Origin: Macrostomum hystrix
Lineage: Eukaryota > Animalia > Platyhelminthes
DNA length: 64,000 bases
Assembly (NCBI GenBank): GCA_950097015.1
Contig: CATNEN010000006.1
Span: forward strand, 186,001 to 250,000
Direction: 5' to 3'
Numbering within the stretch: the first letter of the stretch is position 1; each line of letters begins with the position of its first letter. Position numbers and translations under genes: made by a program. Below, one piece after another: positions 24,095 through 35,492 of this stretch. A model generated the notes under the pieces. The model saw nothing but the letters and a program-made list of their open reading frames with translations. It ran no database searches and was not told the origin of the DNA.

Positions 24095-27000
24095 TGGGCG
24101 ACGTCATGCTGAAGCATCTGTCCGACCTGGGGCTCCGCTGCCTCCTGGACCTCCTGAACCTACGTACGTTTCGCTAGCCGCAACCCAGCCGCATCACTTT
24201 TTAAAATCACTTGTACCACTTGCAAAATCCGTCTTTTCTAATAGATTTTGACTAGATTTAATTGTACCACACGTTGAATTATCATAATATGGCTAAATAT
24301 GTCACTTTTGAAGCCTTCAAATTTCCGGATTTAAAAAATCGGTGCGGCTGGCATTGGGCTGATGACTGGCGCCCTCGCTTCTGACTAGATTCTTGTACCG
24401 TTTTATATTTATAAAATTTCAGCAAAATCCGCATCTTTTGAGCTCAAAAGTTGATCTGAGCGAGCTTTAATAAGCAAAAAATCATCGTCTGAAGTTTTAA
24501 TGAAGTGATTCCCGGTAGCAAATGGTCTTCTCTCTCCAAAAATAGAATACATACGGCCTGTACCACATTTGTACCACCTCAAGCACATATTTTTATACAA
24601 CCCTGTGCAAAATTAAGCATTTTTATCAAATGGTTTGAAAGTTATAGACAAAATCCTTTGTTCACATCTTCTTCACGTGTGCTGTCTGAATTTGATCCGG
24701 AATTTTGTGATGCTAAGAATAATACGAATCGGACTTACTTCCTGTATCTAATTTGGGGTTGTACAAATTCCGATAGTAAATAAATATCTTGCAGCATCAA
24801 ATTATTCTAAAGGCACCACTACTAAAATATTGTTTTAATTCAACTAGCTAAAGCTTCGTTGTATAATTTTAAGTTGGTCACGCACTTCCAATTTTCTTTT
24901 AGCCAAGCTGCTATTTGCGCGTGACCTAATATTATTCTCTGAGAAGCGGCACATTGTAGATCATTCTGCTGTGACTCTCTGTCCTTTTTAAATAGCCTTG
25001 TTAATTTACAGTATCAAAAAGTAACTGCTGCATGCAATGCCGCTGCAATAGATAATTATGTAAATTAGTATACATAATTAGTTTATGCCCATTGTCTCAT
25101 TAATGCACATACCATGTCTCATAACATAACATAAGGCTTCATAATAGATCATGTTTCTCTAGCCTAGTGCCTACATTTGTCTAAGCAATGTTTCAAATAT
25201 TTCTACTAGCTAGGGTATAATATTAATATTACAATAATATTATTACATAAATCTATATTATATTATATTATGTTACATTATACTAAATATATGATACTAC
25301 AATGTAGTTTTTAGGTCTTGCTATAAGTGTATGTAGCTAACCTAAAATTTATAAACATGCATGCAATAGTAAATCTTAATTTTATCTTAATTAAATCGTA
25401 ATTTCAAGTCTTCAAACTACCATGTGTATAATCAAAACATATATGTGCGTGTTTCCCTTTCACTGTGTCTTTGATTATCAACAGTTTAGGTCACTAATTC
25501 ATTCTGACTTTGACCTCATACCTCATAGGGTAGGATGAAATATTTTAATTTTTTATTCCCTTTGACCTTAGATGGGTACTATTAAAGTTCTGAGCCTCAT
25601 TGTGAAAGAAAGGAGATATAGGCAAAGTGAGATAAGCCTATCACAAAATAGCATAGTCTCCCCAACCAAAAAGCACTTATGGGATCTTGATCGCAGCGTC
25701 TCAATGCCACTCTTGAAGAACTGGACCGCCTTCCGGCAGCATCTCGATGACCTCCAGGGCCTGCAAGCCTGGGGCAGCATTGAGCAGCAACATGCCGCGT
25801 TCTGCAGCGACATCCTTGATGTCACCCGCAGCAGGCTCCTCAACCGGGCGTTTGAATACGCCAATCGCCGACAGGAGCCGGACATCAACCCACTGCTTCT
25901 GAACGACTATCGGCGTACATTGTATAGCATGTATAGAGATAGTGTCAAAGAATAAAAATAATTAGACAACTGCTTGGAGCTTAGATAGTTCGAATAAGTT
26001 TATTCTTAGCTGAATAGCTGAGACAATGAGCATTACACAAATTAAGTTATTAAATTATTAAATTAATTTTTTTAAATAAATTTTAAAATTATTAAAAAAT
26101 TTTTTTATTTAATTAAATTATCATTTTTTTCTTATTACTAATTAGGTAAATGATTTTTATATAATTATCAATTTCAGCGGCGTTGCATGAAGCCGTAACA
26201 ATAGAGAGTCACAGCAGAATGATCTACAATGTACCGCTTCTCAGAGAATAATATTACGTCACGCGCAAATAGCAGCTTGGCTAAAAGAAAATTGGAAGTG
26301 CGTGACCAACTTAAAATTATACAACGAAGCTTTAGCTAGTTGAATTAAAACAATATTTTAGTAGTGGTGCCTTTAGAATAGTTTGATGCTGCAAGATATT
26401 TATTTACTATCGGAATTTGTACAACCCCAAATTAGATACAGGAAGTAAGTCCGATTCGTATTATTCTTAGCATCACAAAATTCCGGATCAAATTCAGACA
26501 GCACACGTGAAGAAGATGTGAACAAAGGATTTTGTCTATAACTTTCAAACCATTTGATAAAAATGCTTAATTTTGCACAGGATTGTATAAAAATATGTGC
26601 TTGAGGTGGTACAAATGTGGTACAGGCCGTATGTATTCTATTTTTGGAGAGAGAAGACCATTTGCTACCGGGAATCACTTCATTAAAACTTCAGACGATG
26701 ATTTTTTGCTTATTAAAGCTCGCTCAGATCAACTTTTGAGCTCAAAAGATGCGGATTTTGCTGCAATTTTATAAATATAAAACGGTACAAGAATCTAGTC
26801 AGAAGCGAGGGCGCCAGTCATCAGCCCAATGCCAGCCGCACCGATTTTTTTAAATCCGGAAATTTGAAGGCTTCAAAAGTGACATATTTAGCAATATTAT
26901 GATAATTCAACGTGTGGTACAATTAAATCTAGTCAAAATCTATTAGAAAAGACGGATTTTGCAAGTGGTACAAGTGATTTTAAAAAGTGATGCGGCTGGG

Positions 27001-29275
27001 TTGCGGCTAGAGACACGTCGGTCTGAACCTCTCGTGGAGGACGGGGGAGGTGCCCGCCCCGTGGCGCCTTGCGGAGATCCGCCCGATCCCCAAGTCGGAC
27101 AAGCCAGCCGGCCTGACATCCAGCTTCCGCCCTATCAGCCTCCTCAGCTGCCTGGGCAAGCTCGCCGAGAAGATGGTGAACGAGCGGCTGTCCTACATCC
27201 TCGAGGCAAGCAACGCCTCCACCCGTCGCAAGCCGGTTTCCGTCAGGGCCGCTCCACGGAGGAGCACATCGCCGCGGCGGCCCAGTACATCTTCGACGGA
27301 TTCCAGGCCAAGAAGCCGGCAGCCCGCACCGCTCTGCTGCTTGCAGACTTCTCCAGAGCCTACGACCGCGTCTGGAAAGCGGCCCTCATCGTTAAGCTCG
27401 GTCGGAAGGGGATCCCCACGTGCCTCATCCGCTGGCTCAAGGGATTTCTCTCCGACAGGAGGGCCTTCGTGCGGTGGGTTGGTGCGGCCTGCAAGCAAAC
27501 CGTGTTCTCCGAGGGGCTGCCGCAGGGGTCGGTCCTCGCCCCGATCCTGTGGGTGATCTACATGGACGACCTCTTGGACGGCGCCCCCAAGAATTGCCTC
27601 ACGCTGGCGTACGCCGACGACAGCAAGGGACCACCCCTCGGGAGTGTGAGCGGGCCCTGCAACCGGCGGCCGACTGGCTCGTGCGCTGGTCCCAAACCTG
27701 GAAGGTGGACCTGAGCCGCACCAAGTCGGTCGTCGCGTTCTTCTCGCTCGACCCCCGGGAGGTCAACGGAAAGGTCCAGCCGCGCATCCTCCTCGGCGAC
27801 ACGCCAGCCCCGTTCGAGCTGCACCCGAGGCTCCTGGGAGTGCACCTCGACTCCCAGCTGACCTTCCGCCACCACGCCAAGCTCCAGCGCCGCGCCCTCC
27901 AGCAGCGCACCGGCGTCCTCCGCTGCCTCGCGGGCCGCGACTGGGGCCAGGACGGCCAGCGCCTCGCCCAGCTCTACCGCACCTACGCGGAGGCGGCCGC
28001 GCTCCACGGCGTCTCCACGTGGCTCACCTTCGCGTCCGACTCCTGCCGGGACGAAGTCGAGATTGCGCATCGATCGGCCGCTCGCGTCATCACTGGCTGC
28101 TGCCGCTCGACCTCCATTGGCGCCCTCATGGCCGAGGCCGACCTCGTGCCCCTGGCGACCAGAGCGGAGGCGGATCGCGCAGCCCTGTTCGAGCGAGCCC
28201 TCCGTCACCGTCAACCGACTCCGCTCCGCGCTGCAGCGGGCAAGACCTCTACGCCCCGCTTGCGCGCTCACGGGGAGCCTGGGGCCTTCCGCAGGAACTG
28301 GCGCGACTCGGCGCAGCACCTGAGCGCCGCCGCCGGCCTGGCCCCCCTCCCCCGGGAGCAGGAGAACCTCCCTCCGCCGCCATGGTCCGACACCAGCCGG
28401 GTCACCATCCGCCGCGACCTCCTGACCGCGACCTCCCGGGAGGAAGCGCCCCACGTCAGAAAGCAGGCCGCGCTGGAAATGCTGGCGAGCCTCCCGCCCG
28501 CCGACCTGGAGCTCTGGACAGACGGTTCAGCCTCCGGGGCACCCTCAACGGCGGAGCGGGGGCGGTCATCTTCAGCAAGACCGCGCCGCCAGTCCACCTG
28601 TCGCAGGCTGCGGGCCGCTACTCTTCCTCCTTCCGTGCCGAGGAGTCGGCGCTCCGGTTGGGGCTTCAGCACGTCGCCTCCAGGCCGGACCTCGCCTCCC
28701 TGAGCGGCCTCCGCTGCCTTACGGACTCGCAGTCCCTGCTCCGAGCCCTCGAGATGGGACCGTCCAAGTCCTCCTCGCCAGCGTGCCGGAAGATCCACAT
28801 TGCCGCCCGCTTCCCAATCTGGCTGCAATGGGTCCCCAGCCACTGTGACCTCCGGCGGAACGATGCTGCGGACGCCACCGCCAAGACCGCGGCCGGCCTC
28901 CCCCAGGACGAGACGCCGATCGACTTCGGGTCAGCCCGGGCCGCCCTCCGCCGGGTCCTCGCCGAGCGCACCCGCGAAGCCTACGCGACCGACCCGCACT
29001 GCGCCACCCACCGTCTGGCAACCGCCACCGCCGCCCCGCGGCCACGCCTAAACCGGGCCGACGCGGTGACCCTCGCCCAGCTGCGCACGGGCCACTCACC
29101 GCTCCTGCGCTGGTATCGGTGCACCGGATCAGCCTGGACACCGCCGCCACCTGCCCCCGCTGCGGGGCCGCCGACGAAGACGTGGCCCACGTCTTCCTGC
29201 ACTGCCGGGCCCTTGACGACCTTCGGGCCCGCATCCTTGGACCAATCCCGTCCCTGGCCGTCCTCTCGACGGACG
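24095..29275 (+). mobile_element. Internal fragment of an I/Ingi-group LINE (RT + RNase H + CCHC), split by the foldback element at 24162-27022
   Basis: VMLKHLSDLGLRCLLDLLN|LSWRTGEVPAPW..FRPISLLSCLGK reads across the insertion; also GLPQGSVLAP, YADD, RNase H WTDGS..TDSQS..WVPSHC..NDAAD, and CPRCGAADEDVAHVFLHC. Frameshifted. Confidence 0.9.
24162..27022. mobile_element. Non-autonomous foldback-type DNA transposon with TIRs of about 820-900 bp and an 8-bp TSD CTGAACCT
   Basis: 24162-~25058 is the near-perfect reverse complement of ~26160-27022; TSD at 24154-24161 and 27023-27030. Confidence 0.95.
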
Positions 29276-32200
29276 GCTCCCGTCGATCGGGGATCGCCGG
29301 CTTCAGTCTTTCAACGGCCACTTGAGGCGGGACACGTTGGACCACAGCTGCGACGTGAACTGGGCACCACGGGCTGAGGTGATGTCGCTGGGCAAGCCGA
29401 ACCGGGCGATCCAGTGGGCGATGAATGCGGCGCCGCAGGCTGCAGCGGTGGTGTCGTTCATCGGAATCGCATCCAGCTACCGGGTGAAGCGTCCACGATC
29501 GTCTCAGGTGCGTGTAACCCTGCGACGGCGGCAGAGGTCCCACGAGGTCGACTTGCACATGGGCGAAGCGTTGGTCTGGCACTCGGATGCTGTCCACTGG
29601 GGCGGCGACGTGGCGCTGAACCTTGGCGTTCTGGCAGGCGACGCAAGTCTTGGCCCACTGGTTGACGTCCTTGTTCATTCCGGCCCACGCGAACTTAGCG
29701 GCCACGAGGCGCCGTGTGCTGTGAACCGACGGGTGGGCGAGGCTGTTGATGGCGTCGAACACGGCTCGGCGGAAATCCGGCGGCACCAGTGGGCGCGGTC
29801 GGCCAGTGGAGGTAACGCAGAGAAGGGCGACACCGGGGCTGATCTGCAGCGGCTCGAGATGGAGGCTGGTGTCGGCAAGGGCGGCCGGTCCGCTGCCTGC
29901 GCCGCTGCTATCGCCACGAAGTCCACGCCGGGGAGCAGTCCGGGCTGCACCGATGCGACGCTGCAGCGGGACAGCGCGTCCGTCACCGGGTTGTCCTTGC
30001 CCGCCACGTGCTGGATGTCTGTAGTGAACTCGGACACATAGGCCAGATGCCGCTTTTGCCGCGCCGACCACGGGTCCGACATCTTGGACATGGCTGCCAC
30101 CAGTGGCCTGTGATCTGTGAATGCGGTGAAGGTGCGGACTTCTAAAGAGTAGCGGAAGTGCCTTACCGCCAGATACAGGGCGAGCAGCTCACGATCGAAC
30201 GCGCTGTACTTCTGCTCGGGCGGGCGAAGCTGCCGGCTGAAGAAGGCGCCGCCAATCCGCTGCTCAAGCGCCGCGCCTACGGCGGTGTCTGAGGCGTCGA
30301 CGGTGAGGGCGATGGGCGCATCCGGTCGAGGGTGCGCTAGCATAGCGGCAGCGGCCAGCGCCTGCTTCGCCCCGTCGAAAACGGCTGTCAGTTCGGGTGT
30401 CCACCGGACGAGCTTATCCTTGCCGGCCAGGGCGGCGTGCATGGATGGGGCGCAGCAGCCGGGCGGCCCCCGGCACGAAGCGGTGGTAGAAGTTGACCAT
30501 TCCGGCGAACTCCTGCAGGCCCTTAATGGTGGCTGGCGGCGTAAAACGGACGATAGCGTCGACCTTGGCAGGCAGCGGCACGGCGCCGGCAGCGCTGATC
30601 TGGTGGCCGAGGAAATCGATCTCCCTGCGGCCGAACTAACACATGGCCGGGTTGACGATGAGACTGTTGCTGGCCAGGCGCTGGAACAGCGTACGCAGAT
30701 GTTCCAGGTGGTGCTGTGGGCTGCGGCTGGCGACCAGGAAGTCGTCGATATAGGCGAATACGAAATCTAAGTCCTTGCAGAAACAGTCGACAAGGCGCTG
30801 GAAAGCCTGGGCCGCATTCTTAAGCCCGAACGGCATTCGAAGGAACTCGAAGAGGCCGAACGGGGTGATGACGGCGGTCTTAGGCACATCGGCGGCGGCC
30901 ATCGGCACCTGGTGGTAGCCGCGCACCAAGTCGATTTTGGAGAAAACCGAGCAGCCGGCCAGGCGCGACGAAAAATCTTGAATGTGCGGCACCGGGTAGC
31001 GGTCGGGCACGGTGGCGTCGTTGAGTCGCCTGAAGTCGCCGCAGGGCCGCCAACTACCAGAGGCTTTAGGCACAATGTGCAGCGGCGAGGACCACGGGCT
31101 GTTGGACCGGCGCACGATACCAAGCTGTTCCAGGAGCCACCGGAACAGCCAGCTTGTCCGGTCGCAGGCGGCGTGGGCGAAAACAACTCCTCGAAGATGA
31201 GGCAAGGCTGATGGTCTCCGAGCAAGGCCAGCATCTCGTCCATTAGCTCCGAAGGCCGTCGATCACCGAGCCCGGAGAAGCTGAGTAGGCGGCTGGCCCT
31301 CTGCTGCCGGGTCAGGCCGAAAGTGCCGAGGAGACGAGCTTTCAGTGCGTCGTACTTCTCCACTGTCGGCGGTTTCTCCAGCACATCAAAAGGCCGCTCG
31401 GCTGTCTGCTAGTCAAGCGCGGCGATGACATGGCAATACTTGGTGTTGTCGTCAGTAATGTTTGCAGGGCGAACTGGGCTTCGACCTGTATGAACCACGC
31501 CCTGGGCTGGGAGGCCCAAAAGGTGGGCAGTTTGAGTGCGACGGCTGACTCAGTCATGATAGTAACCTCAGCTACGGCTGGGGCGGTCGGGCTCACCAAT
31601 TTAGCGTCTCGCAAAATGAAATGCGTCGAGAATGCTGCATACAAAAATTTATTATCAAAAGTTCTTTTTATATTGAGCGTGGGGATCGGTGCGAGAGCGT
31701 GGCGTGAGTCAAAAACATCCCCGGCTTAGCGCGCCGGCAGGCGCGGTGCACCCACCCCTCGTCTAGGCGGCCGGGGTTTGAGTGTGAATGCACCGCAGAC
31801 GGCGCTGCGTGCGGGCTTGGCCGCCACAATATTATATCACAAAAATACTTTAAGTTCTGTTTTTCCATATTCAGATCATAATTTACAAAAAAACTCAGCA
31901 GAAAACGTATAAAAGTAACAAAATAACCCATGTACATACTGTCGCCCCAAAGCAACTTGTCGAACAGTTTCGGCATCAAAGAAGACTAAGCTTGTGAATT
32001 TGTTTTGGCTATTCTATTTTACGAATAAATATATTTTATGTCATTATTTTTATTGTACGCCCTACAATATTGGTCTATGCACATGTATTTAGCCTCAATT
32101 GTATCCCTCGCAACAAAGATGTCCCTGCCTTTATTAGGACAGCTTATAAAATTTAAAACACTTAGATTCACAAAAAAACAGTTTAAGAGATTTATTATTC

Positions 32201-32744
32201 GACGTAACTTTTAGTCAGTTAAGTGCACAAAAATTGAACTCCTAACTTAAATATTTTCACCAAGATTCTTTGCGCTTAGAACCTATAATTCAACTACATA
32301 TTATATTTACTATGTCTGCGCTAATTAGTGGTTTTGCTACTGCGTCACTACGCTTATTTGGACACAGCGCCACAACGAGCCAACGAAATTAGCTATTTAG
32401 CTGTTAACGAAAAAAGCGCGATGACAAACTAGAAGACTGCTATGCGCGAGAGGATGGATTGCATCGAGGGTTATAAACATTTTTCATTGAATTTTCTAAT
32501 TAAAAAGAACACGAAATTTTGGTAAATACGGAAACATTTGTGATTTTTATCTCAAATTATATACTTTGTACGCAATGGAGAGAGTCGTTTCAGGACAAAA
32601 AACTAAAGGTGAATTCACTTGAAAACTTCAGATTGCAAGTGCAGTCTTATTTCGCAAGCGTAGAATAATATTTGTCTACAATAGAGGGAAGTAATTACGT
32701 ATATACTCGTATTTTTAATCGAACTCTCGACTCGCTACCAAGGA

Positions 32745-33587
32745 ACAGGAACAAGGCTGTTCACAGAGAATAAGTCCAGCTGGGAGGAGCAGCTGCCGCT
32801 GGTGGTCCTGTCCTACAACTCCAGGGTCCAAAGCTCAACGGTGGCTCCGCTGACGGTGATGACACCGCTGCAGGTGCAGTGCACCGAGCGGCAGTTCGAT
32901 ATCGGCACCTACTCAGCACTGCTGAGCGGCGGCTGGCCCGGATCCGAGAGTTCGTTGAGGACTAGCTGACGTGCTGACGTTTCCGCACGGCGCCGACGTG
33001 CTGCTCAGCATTGAGATGCGGCGCTCAAGGCTGGCGCCCTACTGGGAGCCGGGCTGGATGGCGCTCGAGCAACGCGGCCACTCGGTGTGCATCCGCTGCG
33101 CCTTCGGCAGCCGGCCGGTCCGCTGGGTGCACGTGAATCGGCTGCGCCGTCGGTTAGTAGCCCGGCCTGACACCGCGAGCAGCTCCGCCAGCAGCCTGTG
33201 GCCCACAAGATGGTGCCAGAATCCCGCCAGGCTGACTGGGAGAGTGATGCATGTTTTATTGCACTGTGAATGCTCTGTTTTCAACTGGTTCTGCTTTTAG
33301 ATTTTACTATTCATATTGCTGACTCATTGCTATTCATTTTTTGTTTTAATCGTGTCTTTGTACTCGTTTTGCGTGGAGAAATGCAATGGTTTTCTTCCTT
33401 TCTTTATAGGCAGTGATCGATCTGTAGCGTGAATGATGACAAATTTGCTGAATAATTATCGCTTCTAATGTACGCTCTCTCTCTCAATGTACAACGCTAA
33501 TAATTAACACCACCTTGCATTGCATAAATATAGCGAGCAATGCCTCACGGGGCAGTCGTTGAGCATTGCCAAATTCCTCGTGTTACA
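32745..33587 (+). mobile_element. Gypsy integrase C-terminal remnant with probable short 3' LTR (33423-33587)
   Basis: WEEQLPLVVLSYNSRVQSST and RLAPYWEPGW..WVHVNRLRR (GPY/F-module-like); TGTAG...TTACA block; absent from unit B near 40670. Confidence 0.65.
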
Positions 33588-34751
33588 TATACGCTCGTAT
33601 CTTACTTAAGCAGTCCTTGCTCGCTGCGTCAACATAGAAGCTCTAACCTTTTCCAGACTTCACTACTAGAACAGTACGCATAAGAGTACGTGTCATGCAT
33701 GGATCGCATCGAATCTACTGTATAATAATTGAGAACTGCGATTCTGAAACCCATATAAAACCTTTATCGTCGCATGAAGTACATTTTACGTACTCGTATA
33801 TTAATTAGTTTTTCGAATTACAAAAATAGAAAACTGATCATGTAAAGAGTCGATTTGAAACTTTATAAACATGTTGAACAACTGGAATATCGAGCAGTGA
33901 AATGTTTGTTAGTTAAAGATTAGCGGTAAGCGAAAATGGTTCGGCAAATCTACGATTACTATAATTATTGGAGTTTCATTGGTTAGAAAACAACACTAAA
34001 TAGTAAAAATTGTCCCTTATCAGCTCTCCCGGTGAGAAAAAATCAGGACAGACAGCTAGTACTTGGTCCTAAATTAGCTTGTCAATAATCATTGGAAGAA
34101 ATTACTAAAAATTAGTTAATTCACACCTTGATAGGCTGACTGATTAGCTAGGGTAAATATAGCTAAATCAACTAAAAAATCAGCATGCTAGATACGGCGG
34201 CGACAATTTGGAGCAATGCGCACATAAAATCACTCTTTGTAACACAATATGCATACATAAATAATTTATGCATATGATGAATATCGATTGGAAAGAATGC
34301 TTTGTGCACAACGCCAAGGAGAGCAAGCAATTCGGGCTTGGTCAGAAACTTTTTGACAGGGAAAATGTAGATTTAAAACTGACAAAGTCCTGTAAAATGA
34401 CAATAGTCACTTAGCGAGAAAAGCTTGAGAGCAAATTGCAAAAGATTGAACACAAAAACACAAATAAAAGTGCCAAATTTGTCACAACCGACAATTGAGA
34501 TTCGCACACGGCATTAAAAAAGTTAATAAAAAACGAATATGGAATTGATTGAGATTCGAAAAAGTCTACTTAGCAAATATTGTGGCAAAAACTTGTTTTA
34601 AACATCTATTCGAGACAAATATGGTTCTATAAAAATTGGTCATTAGTATGTATGCATAATTCAACAAATATGTTCTTTCACTTTGCTTGGAATGACCAAA
34701 CCCAATCATGCTTAGAGTCCAACGAAAAGGGTGATCGGTAAAAATAAATAA

Positions 34752-34985
34752 CGAGTTTTAGCCAAGTAGTTGAAGCGTCGGAGTCACGACTTGAAAGCCG
34801 GCGGGTTCGATTCCCGACAACACTGGAACATTTGTGTCCTTTAGCGTGACACAACTCTGCAATACCAGCAATAGCTCTAGTAATTGAGGTTGGGTGTAGC
34901 GTCACCCAAAACCACGGGCTTTTGGCTGCAAATCTGGCACAATTGAGGCAGCTATAATAAAATATCATTATTATTACTATCAACT
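34752..34985 (-). mobile_element. tRNA-derived SINE related to family A
   Basis: gtcgggaatcgaaccc (reverse B box), gactccgacgc, gctaaaggacacaaatgttcca; AT/TAT tail at the left end; absent from unit A. Confidence 0.8.
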
Positions 34986-35492
34986 AATTATCTATAATCT
35001 GACATAGGTCGCGTGTTAAATATCTAAATTACTTGCTGCCTTAAGTTTCTTAGGATAGCAGTGGAGGAGACAATAAACTTCCCGATTTTTTATCACCCTA
35101 ACTAAAACAAAGCTTTGATAATGACACAAACACATAATCACGTCAAAAACAGTTTTCAGTTTGATAAGCCCACTTTTATGATCAGGCTCACGAAAGCAAA
35201 CATTACTATATTCGGAGCAAATTATAGAACAATGCCGGTCAGAGTCCACAATTGGCGCGTTAAGTGCATGGAGCACTTTCTTTAGAAGGAAGGAGCTTAC
35301 ACTTCGTCGCCCTGATAAACATGAATGTCCTCCGGTTCCAGGGCTCGACTATTGTGCGCATTCTCTGCAAAGATGTTTTTTTCAGATTTTAATAACACGC
35401 TGATAAATAATAGTCCAATAGCAAAAGGGTCTCAAATTCAAAGTCTAGTCCTAAAGGCCAGAAAATTCCTGAAAGCCAACTACTTAACTAAA

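Larger units (their letters stand above)
23818..31828 (-). mobile_element. Ty3/gypsy (CsRn1-like) LTR retrotransposon, internally deleted; 5' LTR 31600-31828, 3' LTR 23818-24056
   Basis: Two related LTRs starting TGTGGCGG on the minus strand; PBS TGGTGAGCCCGAC (31586-31598); purine tract GGGGAAG near 24060; ATAT/ATAG 4-bp TSD, with the empty site seen near 39820. Gag VALKLPTFWASQPRAWF; RT with YIDD; RNase H VDASD..DRELLALY; integrase HPSV..CVACQ..DLVGPLP and C-terminal VERLKPA. Confidence 0.93.

Noticed and set aside
24409-26774. Duplicated 63- and 92-aa ORFs on opposite strands
   Set aside because: A by-product of the near-identical TIRs; no recognisable protein features.
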